From Lama glama (taxonomy: Eukaryota), in assembly GCA_028534125.1 (NCBI GenBank), contig CM052816.1, forward strand, positions 44,456,001 through 44,520,000: a DNA stretch of 64,000 bases, given 5' to 3'. Under the pieces are notes generated by a model. That model ran no database searches and was not told where the DNA came from. It saw only the letters and a list, made by a program, of their open reading frames with translations. The position numbers were made by a program, and so were the translations under genes. Numbering within the stretch: the stretch's first letter is position 1; each line of letters starts with the position of its first letter. Below, piece by piece: positions 1-13,115 of the stretch.

Positions 1-589
1 GTTATGCTGCCTGTTACTCATGGGGAAGAACTCCTGGCATGCTGATCATTATTAAAATGACTGCATCATTATAATAATAAATAGTACCACCAGTGTTTTT
101 GCAAGTTTCTGTTACTTCCTTACTGCACACTTGCCTTTCTTACTTACATAAAGAAATAAAAAGGCATTTGATTTGTCAATTGTGATAATCATTATTAATT
201 AATCATCTTGTTAATTAGGATTACATTCATTGTGGGATTTCTTTTCTATCCCTTATTTGGTTTACTCAGCTGATTAGATAATGTTTTGTAAGATGAGAGA
301 TTTCCTCAACTGTGCCATTTTTAAAGCAATGTGTGGGGTTTATTGATAAAATGAAAGGTCATTATGCTCAATACAAATTCATCGTTACTTGCTACCTGTG
401 AGATTTAGTCCTCAAGATCTTTACAGGGTCTTTTATTTTATCAACATGAAAATGATGATGACGATAGATAGATAATTATTTATACTTAAAATATAAAAGT
501 ATGGGAAAGTATCTAATTCTGTATCAATAATACGCTATAGGAAAAACTAGACATATACCAGAAATGGAAAAGTGGTTTTAGCTGAAAAA

Positions 590-1560
590 TAGTATGTTTT
601 TCTTCATATTTAACACCTTAAAGAAAATTATGGGGAAAACATCTAAAAAAATTCAATATTTATTCATAATAAAACTCTTACTGAACTAGATATACATAAA
701 ACTTTCTTAAACTCTATTTTTTCCATTGAAGTATACAATGGAAATTCAGTTTACAATGTTTAATTTCTGATACACAGCATGATGATTCAGTTTTATATGT
801 ATATTCCTTTTCCTATTCTTTTTCATTATAGGTAACTACAAGATATTGAATATAGTCCTCTGTGCTATACAGTAGGACCTTGTTTTTTTAATCTATTTTA
901 TAAACAGTATCTGCAAATCCCACATTATAACTTCAGATATCATTTTAAAGCTGCTTCTCTTTAAGGTAAGAATGAAGAAAAAGAAAGCACACTGGCACAG
1001 CTTCTATTCAATAATGAATCAAGAAGGCCTAGTGTCTGAGGACTGGACATATCTAGAAATGACATGAGTGAAATGGATAAATTATAAGAACTGATCAGGG
1101 ATTTCAGCAGTAGTGCTGGACACAAAATGTATATATAAAAGGCACGGCATTATTATACAACATTAACAGTCAGAAAATGTTATAATAGTAATAATTAAGA
1201 ACAGTAACAAACATATTGGGAGGAAAAAACATGTTCAAGATCATAAAAGTTTCACATTAAAAAGCTACCAATTTCTCCTAGGTTAATCTATAATCTGTGG
1301 AATTCTAAACAAAAAGACCATCACAATGTGATTGATATAAAAAAACAGCAAGGGCCAAGAACACCCAAGACAACTTTGAAGAACAAGGTAGAGATAGCAG
1401 ATACCTAACTATAAACAACTATAGTCATTAAGATAATAGTAACAAAGAGACAGACAAAACGATGGAATATCACCAAGAATAAAGTAATTGACTTATTTAA
1501 CAAGGAAATTATATCTATGAAAAATGTGGCATTATATATTGATGGTGAATACTCAGTATT
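590..1560 (+). mobile_element. Old, highly diverged L1M ORF2 fragments, interrupted by a younger L1 3' end
   Basis: A-rich; degraded L1 ORF2-like motifs such as 'cagcttctattcaata', 'atttcagcagtagtgctggacacaaaat', 'atttctcctaggttaatctata' and 'agcaagggccaagaacacccaagacaactttgaagaacaaggta'. Confidence 0.65.
717..922 (-). mobile_element. 5'-truncated L1 3' UTR (artiodactyl-type)
   Basis: T-run followed by 'tacaagatattgaatatagtcctctgtgctatacagtaggaccttg', which closely matches the L1 3' UTR copies at 4681-5040 and 35537-35806. Confidence 0.85.
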
Positions 1561-1799
1561 TTTGCATCTTTAATTGAAAGTAAAAACATTATAACTTAAG
1601 TTGTATTGCTCTGATCCGAACCAATAGTGTTTAAAATGAAAAAGTCCCTCCTTTTTTGTTGCTTTAAAAAATAAAAAAAAACCAATCATCCTAATCTATT
1701 TAAGTCTCTAATGTTTGATAACAGCTACATAAAACTCAGGGGCTTATTTTATGAAAGCAGTCATTAATTACAAAATACTGGTGTGATATGTTTAATGAC

Positions 1800-4670
1800 T
1801 GTAGGTATATTCAGGAATTTTATTTCTTCTATACAAATAAACTAAATTTTGTTCTAGGAAAAGCATAAAATTAATCTATATTCTTATGTTTTGGGAATTT
1901 CTAAAATATTTTATTCTTCTCCAACTGTGCTTGTATCACTGTTGTCATTTATAATGTTTACTTGTGTTCTCTCTCTAGATTATCCTGTATTTTCCCAGAA
2001 TTTCCTATTTTATTAAATTTTATACAGAGTTTTTGTCCTTATGGTTCATTTCCATTGTATCTTTGTTTTTATTTTCTTGAATATTTTTCTCTTTCTCTGT
2101 TAATATCACCATTGTATTTAATTTGTGTCTATTATGTCATAATAATTTTTTTCTAGCTTTATTCTTTCCTAATATGATTATTTAAAGCCATAAATTTCTC
2201 TTGAAGTAGCACTTTAATTTGTAAATTTTATATACAATGTTTTTATTATTGTTTATGTCTGAATTTCGTCACAATGTATTCTTTAAGTTTAGGAGTATAT
2301 ATTTTCAAATACAGACTCTGAAATTCTTTTTTACACTACATACTAATTTAATTTATATTGTAGTCACAAGGGGCTGTATGATGTAGATTCCTTGGCTGAT
2401 GCTCAATCCATAAGTTGATATTGATGCTTGAAATTGATGTTGAATGTATGCGCTTGAAAATGCGTATCTTAAGCAGCATGTTATTTAAATATTCCATATC
2501 CCACTCAAATATTGATTCTTGCTCTGCTAACTGAGAAAGTAATTTAAAGCTTTAGCTCTGATGTTGAATTTGGCATCTCCATAAATCTTGATTTTTGTTC
2601 TCTGTTAATATTATCAGATACACAAATTTTATGATGCACTGTCAGCTGAATTGTAGAAGCACATTTTCCCTAATACTAATGTAGATGCAATACATTTCTT
2701 TAGCATTGTGTTTGCTTGGTATCACTTTTTCAGTTCTTCCATTTTCAAACTTTGTTTCTAAGCTTCCTTTTAAGGTTTCTATAAGGAGCAGATACATTGT
2801 CTTTTTCTCTCAGCTTGTCACTCTAGGAAATACAGTTGGAACTTTTATACTACACTGATTATATTACATTGATTACGAGTACTGATAGTTTTTTTTTAAA
2901 CCATCTTATTTCAACCTTGCTATTTACCATGTTTTTCCATATTTTTTTCTCTTTCCCCTTCTAGATCTTCTTTTAATTAATTTATTTTTAATTATATTCA
3001 TTTCCTATATTGTTCTTGGAGTTAAATGCTCTTTTTGTCCTTTCAGTGGTTACTATGAAAATTTTTAAATGCATAATACACTTTAAAATTAAAATTAATC
3101 AACATTTCTATATTCACCCCTCAAACGATACATGGGCCTTAGAATATTTTTATTTTTGACCACTCCTCTACACTTTATTATACTTTTGTATTTACTTATG
3201 GCTGTATCCTCTAAAACATTGATTTTTGCTTTATTAAAACGTTAAGAGAGAGAACTTTTGCCATTTGCTTACTAATTTTTATTGTTTGTATTCCTCTTGC
3301 AATACAGACACACTTCAGGGGATCATTTTTTTTTCCCTGAAGTATATCATTAGATATTTCTTTATATAGGGCTGGCTTAACACAAACTACTTGGTTTAGT
3401 TTGTTTTCTAAAAGTCTTTATTTTACCCCAGTAAATGAAAAGTAGCTTGACTGTGTATAAAAAGTCCAGATTGCCAGTCATTGCCTCTAATTTTTGAAGT
3501 TCTCTTTCCATTTGTTTATTGTTGTCTATTGTTGTTAAAGCTAAGTAGGTTATTGGTTATTAGTTATTTTTTATTCTTAGCAATTTGTCTTTTCACTTTT
3601 ACTGCTACCTAGCTTTTAACATTATAAGGTTTTACTGTTATATGAATAAGCAAACTATTTCTTTTTATTTGTCTCAATTTGGATTTTCAGAACTTCCTGA
3701 ACCTGAAAAATCATGTCTATTAAAGGTTCTGGAGAATGATCGGTCATTAGTCTATTTCCATCCTGTGGAACACTAAATAAATATGTGTCACATTTCATTA
3801 TATTCTTCATGTATTTTAACCTCTTTCTAATGCTTTTCATTCTATTCTCTCTGATTTACATACTGTGTACTTTCTTCATATCTACCCTTGAGTTCACTAA
3901 TTCTCTCTTTTGCTTTATCTGAATGTTCAGTTTATTAATTTAAAATATGTTAATAATTTTTAATTTCCACATGTCTTGTTGAATATTTAAAGTATACTAG
4001 AGTTTTTAAATTATATTACCTCATTTTTTAAATTGGTAATACAAATATTTCAACTTCCTCAAAACTTTTTACATTTTGTTTATGGCAATTCTATTAACTG
4101 AAGCTTTAAAAGTTTTAAGTTGCTAAAAAAATTTTTTTTTTCTTCTTCCCATGGTAAACTTTTTCTTTGAAATTTGGATTTGAAACTTATTTTTGGTGAA
4201 GCTTTATCTTTGGAAACCTTGAGAATCCGAGGTTGAGAATGAGTCCTTTCAGAAACTCAAATACCCAATAATATTAAACTTAGATTCACTTATTGGGGTT
4301 TAGTGAACAAGCTGCCAATATAAATTACACATTCAAACATGTAATTAGAAATTCTTAGATGAGAATTTTTCCTCCTACTCCCCCATACTCAGGAGTTCAG
4401 CCTGAAACAGAGTAAATACCTTCTTTTCTCTTTTTGCTAATTGGAAAACTTTAGTCTGTATATTTGCTAAGATACAGCTTTTTAAGTGTTCCCATTCATC
4501 TTGGTGGAACCATAAGTGTTGACTCTCTTTTTGGCTATTCAAAGCAAGTCACTTCTTTACCGTGGCTGGAAATTATTATAGGATATCTGTGGCTTTGACT
4601 TGAACTTAGTATTACAGATTCTATCTCACTATTTCAGGCTGCTTAGCCCTGTTTATTTCAGAATCCTTAG
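1800..4670 (-). mobile_element. Old L1M 5'/ORF1/early ORF2 region (antisense), heavily decayed
   Basis: T-rich; motifs such as 'tttaaagccataaatttctcttgaagtagcacttta', 'aaaagtctttattttacccc...aaagtagcttgactgtgtataaaaagtccagattg' and 'atctacccttgagttcactaattctctctt'. Confidence 0.65.
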
Positions 4671-4680
4671 TGTTTTTCTT

Positions 4681-5858
4681 TCTTTTATTTTTCAATTGAA
4701 TTACAGTCAGTTATCATATGTCAACTTCTGGTGTACAGCACAATGTCATAGTCATGCATATACATACATATATTCATTTTCATATTCTTTTTCATTAAAG
4801 GTTATTACAAGATATTGAATATAGTTCCCTGTGCTATACAGAAGAAACCTGAATTTTTAAAATTTATTTTTATATACAGTGGCTAACATTTGCAAATCTC
4901 AAACTCCCAATTTATCCCTTCCCACCCCTTTTCCCTCAGTAACCATAAGATTGTTTATTATGTCTGTGAGTCTGTTTCTGTTTTGTAGATGAATACATTA
5001 GTATCCTTTTCTCTTTTTTTTTTTTTTTTAGATTCCACATGATCTTTGCAATGTTCTCCTAAGATAGTCTACCCAGGCAATAGAAACAAGAGCAAAAATT
5101 AACAAATGAGGCCTAACTAAACTTACAACCTTTTGCACAGAAAAGGAAACCATAAGCAAAACAAAAATACAACCTACTAAATGGGAGAAAATATTTGCAT
5201 GTGATGCGACTAACAAAGATTTAATTTCCAGAATATATAAACAGCTCATACAACTTAACAAAAAAACAAAACAACCCAATCCAAAAATGGGCAAGAGACC
5301 TAAGCAAGCAATTCTCCAATAAAGACATACAAATGGCTAACAGGCATACGAAAAAAATGCTCAATATCACTGATTACCAAAGAAATGCAAATCAAAACTA
5401 CAGTGAGGTATCACCTCACACCAGTCAGAATGGCCATCATTCAAAAGTCCGCAAACAATAAATGCTGGAGAGGCTGTAGAGAAAAGGGAACCCTCCTACA
5501 CTGCTGGTGGGAAAGTAGTTTGGTGCAGCTATTATGCAAAACAGTATGGCAAGTCCTCAAGACTAAAAACAGACTTACCATATGATCCAGCAATTCCACT
5601 TCTGGGCATTTATCTGGAGGTAACTCTAATTTGAAAAGATATATGCACTCCAATGTTCATGGCAGCCCTATATACAATAGTCAAGACATGAAAGCAACCT
5701 AAATGTCCATCAACAGAGGACTAGATAAAGAAGTTGTGGTATATTTATACAATGGAATACTACTCAGCAATAAAAGAATAAAATAATGCCATTTGCTGCA
5801 ACATAGATGGACCTAGAGATCATCATTATAAGCTAGAAAGAAAGAAGTAAGCTAGAAA
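4681..5858. mobile_element. Lineage-specific L1 insertion with 5' inversion: 3' UTR on the minus strand (4681-5040), ORF2 end on the plus strand (5041-5858)
   Basis: ORF 5385-5585 is the L1 ORF2 C-terminus ([18 protein letters not shown], cysteine-rich domain). TSD GTTTTTCTT at 4672-4680 and 5859-5867. Confidence 0.92.
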
Positions 5859-6329
5859 GTTTTTCTTAATTGTTTACTTTGTTTATTAGGTTACTGCATT
5901 TTTCCTACATGTTTAGGTAACTTCTATCATCAAAACACTTTATTATGGAATCACTTGGTTCTAATTTCTCAATGGTTTCCAAACTAGAGAACATTAGATG
6001 ACTTTTCTTAGTTCATATCTTTTAAAAAACCTGAAAGATCAATTCATATCATAATAGAACTACTCAAAAAAAGTAAAACTTTTTCAGTAACAAATGAACA
6101 AATGCCATACCAGTTCTTCAACTATTAAACACAGTTATTTAGGTATTGTCTTTAGGCTGGGCTCTAAGAGACATATTCAGGAGTTCGATAAATCTTGTAT
6201 GTTGATTTCTGCTATAGAATCAGACATAGCTTAGCAGGATTTTCTACTTTCATTTCCAAGTGGAGATGATCCATTAGAAATAATTTGGAAATTGTCTGAA
6301 TGATATGATAAACTTTGAGACCACATTCA

Positions 6330-7175
6330 ATCATCTCTTGCTCTGGGTCTTTCTGAATTTTAGAAGCAACATATTCTTTTTTATTTGGGCTGTGCTACCC
6401 TGTCCCATTTACCAAATGACCTTAAAAACTCATTTTGGGTGGAACCTAAAAACAAGAGAAGGCTCTACAACAGACCACACTACCATGCAACTTGCTTTGG
6501 CATTGAGCCATGTGGTCTAGCAGATCCAGTGGTGCTTTAGGTGACAGTGTAGGTAAGGATGCCTTGTGGAGGACCCTGAGGTGAATCACAGTGCAAGGCC
6601 ATAGCATCTTGGTGTAGTCAGGCTGTCCTCAGTGAGTAACTACTCTCCTTGGAAACAGTTTTTGATCTGCTCCTGGACCTTAGCAGAGTCAAATGCTTAA
6701 TGACAGACCACCAAGTGCCATGTGACCTGAACTGATCATCATGAACTGGGTGTCATTTAACACACTAAGCCATAAAGTTGGGCATATACAGCAGGACCCC
6801 ATCATCAGATGGAAGTGTTATATAAAGATCAAGGCCAAACAGTCTCTGAAGGCACAAGTTACATCCAGAAGTGGCCCAAATCCTGGTGGTCCTCACTCCT
6901 GCTACACTATGGTCCCATGGGGAGTTCCCAAATATCAGTTGATAAAGGCAGATAAGACTCAGCCTGGTTTACAATGGTTCTGCAGAGTATGCAGTCACCA
7001 TCCCAAAGTCGACATTTGCAGCACTGTAGAGTCCCTTTCTGTGACATCCCTGAGGGACAATTGTGAAGGGAAATCATCTCAGTAGACCAACTTTCAAGTA
7101 GTAAACCTGGTTGTTCACTTTGGAAACAAAAATGGCCAGACATGCTACTATAAACCAATTCATGGACTCAGGCCA
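6330..7175 (+). mobile_element. ERVL internal pol remnant (RT connection/RNase H region)
   Basis: Translated pieces VLPCPIYQMTLKTHFGW and MNWVSFNTLSHKVGHIQQDPIIRWKCYI resemble ERVL pol as I recall it (PIYQVTRKAASFEW; MNWVLSDPSSHKVG..QQHSIIKWKWYI). The region is frameshifted. Confidence 0.88.
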
Positions 7176-7184
7176 GCAGATTGC

Positions 7185-7283
7185 TTTTGCACTTGACCTG
7201 CAACTCTTCCTGGGATATCCAGCCTACAAGCCTAACCTGCAGATTTTATATTTACCAGGTCTCCATAATCATGAAAGCTAATT

Positions 7284-7324
<41 letters not shown>

Positions 7325-7335
7325 CTCTCTCATAT
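7185..7335 (+). mobile_element. MLT2-family (ERVL) LTR, 3' part
   Basis: 'cctgcagattttatatttaccaggtctccataatcatgaaagctaattaaaatctctctc' matches the MLT2 LTR end, including its characteristic (CT)n tract. Confidence 0.75.
7288..7320. repeat. (TC)16 microsatellite
   Basis: Seen directly in the sequence. Confidence 0.97.
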
Positions 7336-7339
7336 ATAT

Positions 7340-10100
7340 AATTGTAGATTTATTTATATAATTTCTTTAAAAGATAACTGGCTATTTAAAACAAAACCAA
7401 AAGTAATACATTTTAAAGTTTATAACATAAGTAGAAGTAAAATGCATGAGAATTAGTAAAATGATGCAAGGAGGAATAGAAATATACTTAAAATTTCTAC
7501 ATTAAATCAAGTTTTAGGTAAAACTATTTAAATACAGACTATTTAAAGTTAATGATACATATTAAAACCTTATAATTACCACTGAATTATATCAAAGATA
7601 CCTCTAATAAGCCAAGATAGAATAGTAAAAGCAAATATTTTAAAATAAACACAAAAAAAGAAAGCAAAAAGCAAAAAAAAGTAAGAACGCAGGTGATGAA
7701 CAGAAAACAAACAGAAAAATGTTAAACTTAAACTTGAGAATATTGTTAACTACAGTAAATGCAAATAATCTAATTAACCTAATTAGAAGGTAAATATTTT
7801 CAAGTGGATAAAAGGCAAACCCCAACTATATCCTGTCTTTAAGAAATGCATTATAATTCTAAATACACAGAATGGCTGAAATTATGGAGAAAGATATAGC
7901 ATACAAAACATAAATTTTAAGACAGGTGGAGTATCTATATTAATAACATACAAAGTTAGCATTAAAATAAGGAAATAAATATTACTAGATATACTGAAGG
8001 AAACATTATCATGATAAAGGATCAATTAATAAAAAACACATAGCAACCCGAATGTTTATGCAGGTAAAAAGATATCTATATCTATGATATATAAATATAT
8101 ACACATACAAATATATGTGTATATTCATATGCATCCATAGCAGATATAACAAGTATACATATATACAAACATATGTATATATGCATATAAAGCAAATAGA
8201 GTAGATACTACAGAACTAAAATAAGTAATAGAAAATTTTGTTATACTGGAGATTAAGCTCTCCTCTCTCAGTAACTGATAGTACAAGTAGCCAAAAAAAA
8301 AAAAACATCAGTAAGGAACAGGAGACTTGACTTTAAAGAATGTAGAAAACACTATATTCAATAACAGCAGAATATATGTTATGTGTACTGTACATAAAAT
8401 ATTCACCATATAGAGCACATGCAAAGCCACAAAAAGTTCAATAAATTTTAAAAGATTGAAATTATAGAGAATATGTTCCCTGAACACACTGGAATTTTAT
8501 GAGAAATAAAATATAGTGAGAACTCCAAAGACCTCCTAAATTTTGAAATTACATGCCTTTTATCAAAATACCCATGACAGGTAGAGAAATCACATTAAAT
8601 TTAGAAAATATTTTGAAAAGAATGATTATGAAAGTACCATATATGAAAATTTACAGAACAAAGCTAAAACAATGCTTTGAGGAGAGTTTTCTAGCTTTAA
8701 ATGATTAGGAAAATAATAAATGTCTACAATCAATAATGTAAGCTTCTACCTTAAGAAATCATGATAAAAGAAAGAAAATTAATCCCAAGGTAAATAGGAC
8801 ACAAATAATGAAGGTACGAACAGAAAGCAATGATCTAGACAATGGAACAAATAGGATTAAGAAAAAAAATTAAGGAAACCAAAAGTCAGTTCTTTAAAAA
8901 GAAAAATAACATTGATAAATCTTTAACTAATTTAGAGCAAGAAGAAAACAGGGAAGACAGAAATCACCATTCTGAAGGTTGAAAAAGCACCAACCTACAG
9001 AATCTATGGATGTCATAATGGATATACTAGAAGCATTATAAATTACCAACACCAATAAATTCAACAATTTAAATGGAATGCTTGGAAAGACACAAGTGAC
9101 TAAAAGTTGGCAAAAGGCTAAGTAGAAAATATAAACACTCCATCACTATTAAAGAAATTGAACTGATAATTAAAAAACTTTTCCACAAATGAAACCCTGG
9201 GACCATATGATTTCACTGGTGAATTCTATCAAATATTAAAAAAAGAGAATATTCTAAACTTACACATAAATGCTTTCAGAAAATAGAGGAGGGAAAAAAA
9301 AAAACACTTCTCAAGTCATTTCTGGAGACCAGAATCATTACCTTTATATACACATCAAGAAAGGACATCTTTGATGCAAAAAAATTAGACAAGGTCTCTA
9401 TCAAAAAAGGAAATTACAGACCTATAACCCTTGTGAATATAGACGTAGAAATCTCCAGAAAAATATTGGGAAACTGAATCAAGAAAAAATACTTAAAACA
9501 CATGTATCATTCTCAAATGTGTTTTATCCAGGATCTATACAACACACTGCTGAGAGAAATCGAAAAGAACCAGCAATTATACTCCTGAGCACCTAAGATA
9601 GTTATGCAAACATTTATCTACCTAAGGCTTCATACATGAATGCTCACAGTAACACTATTCATAATAGCTGAAAAGTGAAGACAAATTTCTATTAACAGAT
9701 TAATGGATAAATGCTAAGATATAATTTTACACTACACAGAAATAAAAGAAAACGTCTTGATACATGGATAATTTGGATATATCTTCAACACATCATTAAG
9801 AGCAAATAAGGCCAGACTAAAAACAAACAAACTGCATCATTTAGACTATATGAAATTATAAAATAGTCATAACTACTCTAAGATAACCCAAGTTAGATCC
9901 GTGGCTGCCTGATTTGTGGGTTGGGAAGAGTGACTGCAAACAGTAACAAGGTTCTCTTTGGGTAAGAAAATTGTTCAACAACTTGATTGTGATGGTGATT
10001 ACACCGATGTATACATTCGTCCAAACTCAAATTACACATAAAAGACATGTGCATTTTTATTTTATGTTAACTATACATCAATAAAGTACATACTAAAAAA
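7340..10100 (+). mobile_element. Old L1M element: inter-ORF region, ORF2 endonuclease-to-RT portion, internal deletion near 9540, then 3' end
   Basis: 'ggagtatctatattaataacatacaaag', 'gatttcactggtgaattctatcaaatatt', 'aaattacagacctataacccttgtgaatatagacg'; 3' end 'cttgattgtgatggtgattacac...tatacatcaataaag'. Confidence 0.88.
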
Positions 10101-13009
10101 CTCATTTCAGTATTTTTTCTTTTATTTTGGTAAATATTAGAAAATATATAAGGTAAAATTGTTGAGTGAATAGAGAACTCATCCATAAAAAACTCTCCCT
10201 TTTAAAGAAACTCATACATGAAAGGTTGTTTCCTATGATTTTGTGTAAATAAAACCCTTCAAGGTGTCATGACTATAATTAATGAAAACCTAGTTAACTG
10301 AATATGACAAAGATTTACATTCCAGATTCCTTAAAATACTGTTTCTCCACATACTGTAAACATTTTTTTTTTAACATCTGAAACTCTGGGACTAGATGAA
10401 TTAGTTTTCCAAAGGGGATCGTCATGAATCCTAATGTTCATATAGGCTTGGCTAGCTCTGATTGGATACTTTTAAGTGAAATGATCATCAATTCTCGCTT
10501 ACAGAGTAATTAGAAAAAACTAGCAAACATTTAACGACATCTAGGTTCTTAATGACTTGAAGAGAAGCTAACCTAGTTTACAGACTGCTGTTTGAAAAAC
10601 CAAACATGTTTTATTCAGACATGATACATTCTAAAAAAGAATATTGATTTTTTTCTTTTGAAGTCTGTTTAAGCCCTTTCAATACCTGAATGAGGTTTAT
10701 AATATAAATGTCTAAATGAAACGTATTTTAATGCACCTATGTTAAACACACACTTGTATATAAAATGCTACATGTTTACATAAGTATAAATAACATATCA
10801 ACATACGAACAGCATTAAAACATTTAATGTAGTCATTCTGAGGATGACTACATTTTGATCTTGTTATCTTTAGGAGAAGAATAGTATGTTTCTAGCCAAG
10901 CAATGGATTTTAAATAAACCTAAGAGGTCCAAATATAATAAACTTAATGAAAATTAACACAACGTGAAACATCGACATGGAATCTGACCAACACAAATTG
11001 ATGTTAAATCGAGAAATTCTAAAAAGAATGTATTATGACTCAGAAAACAATTATCTTAAGAGGTCTTAGTAACAAAAAGGCAATAAATCTATGGTGGTCA
11101 TTCTCAGGAGTGTTTCCCTTCACCTTATAATTGAACTGTTAAAATAAAACACTAAAACTGTGCTGTAAGCTCAGTGACCTCTGCATCAGTTAACACAAAT
11201 GCTTTGTGTTCTGACGCAAGGTCAAAACTCCAAGTCAACCGAAGATCAAGAAGGTCTTGTGGTTTAAGTGACATGTATCGTAATTTTCAAAGAGGTTATG
11301 GCCTGACTCAATTATAAACAAGAAATAAAAATGGATTTTTTTAATTTGCTTTCAAAATATTGTAGATTAATTTAAATGCAGTGATTGCAATCTTTTCCCT
11401 TATGTAGTTCCAGCCCAACACAATTTTCAAAAACTGTATCAGAAAACACTGGCTTCACATAAACCTAATAGCACCCCCATTCTAGTGTTCATATGCTTAA
11501 TAAAAGCCTTCCAATTGCAAATGAACATTTTTATTTCACTTTGGACGACTGACATTCACGGCTTATATTTGTACAGACAGCACAACACTAAATTCAAAAG
11601 TATCACACATTTGCTAAAAAAAAAAAAGGCCTAAAGTATTCAGGATTCATGTATTTACAAGTTTTGCTTACCCTTAGTGGCTCATAAATAATGTTTTTAA
11701 AAAGATGTTTTCTCTTTTTCTCTGCATGAGATATAGATATGTGTATCTTAGTAACTTTATGCAAAGTTGATTGTCTTTCCTATTCAAGAAAAAAATCTCC
11801 ACAATATTTGTTTTTGGGCAATCTGACAACAGTACAATTTCTTTTCAACAGCAAGATACTCAGTTCCGTTTTTATGCTTAAGTGAGAAACTATTTATGGA
11901 AATGCACAGTCTCATTTATAAAGTGATATTTAAGATGTTAGATGAGTGAGCAAAAACGGACAAATTGTGCCTAAGGGGAGTTCTTTCATCTTCTGAAGCA
12001 AAATTAGCTAAAGTTGAAATTTCATAAAATTTACCTTTATAAATATTAATATTGTATTTTCCAGACTATTATCTTGCTTCCCTTTCTCAGATGTATCAAA
12101 CATATTATCATAATAATAATCTAAAAATAGAGCAAAAATTGACTGGTAAAATTGCCTGTAGGCTGACATTATTATGAAACTATAAAGAATGAAATGCTGA
12201 ATCAGGGGATACGGGATAGTGTCTTCTAGAAATTAATTCCAGCTGAGACTTTGTGAAACCTTAATCACATAATCCTGACTTACCAAAAATCATTCTTAAG
12301 AAAATTTAGTGCTCAGGATAACTTCTGGGAATAAAATTTTATGATAATCTGCAAGAAAGGCAAAGGCAACATAAGACCCACAAGCTCTTTCCGTGAGCCT
12401 CAAAAACTTTAATAACGGCTCCAAGGACTGAGAAAGCAATTTGATTTCCTTATCCCCTCAGTTTGTGGCCTCCACTGAAACTGCTAGTTAATACCAACTG
12501 ATGCTCTTTTAATATCACCCCTTTTCTTCACTAAGAAGAGCACTGGCAGAACCAACCTATTTCACATTGTTAACTGAAAAGCCTACTTTACATTTAGTTG
12601 GAAGAGCAGGTCTAAAGTGACCACAGACCATGACAACATATTTTACTTATGCTGAATTATTTTATCCCCCAATTTTTTTGTTAGGGAGAAATAAATCACA
12701 TAAGAAATTAATTTTGTACCCACAAATGATAAACTCAATATAAAATAACAGTAAAAATGTCTAGTATTTCTGCAAGACCGAAAATTTTAGTTTTGTATAT
12801 TGATTTGAATTATTGCATTAAATATCAGTTTTTCAGTTTAACCATTTTACTTGACTTAATTATGATTTGGTGGTACGACTGACTTTAAGAGTTGTTTGGG
12901 TGTTTTCAAAATGACCAGCACTTTGGAAGACTTTTAATAACTGTCTTCTCTCAGAGTAGTTTATGTATATAAAGAATGAATAAAAATTCTTTACGATAAG
13001 GATCTCTTT

Positions 13010-13115
13010 AGTTCAGCTGGAATGATTATAAGCTTCTGGAGGGTGAGAAGCTCATCTCATACCTCTGAACCTTCTTTAATGCCTAGCACAGTATGAAGTA
13101 CCCAATACACTCTGG
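13010..13115 (+). mobile_element. L2 3' end fragment
   Basis: 'tataagcttctggagggtgagaagc...tgcctagcacagta' resembles the L2 tail. Confidence 0.6.
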
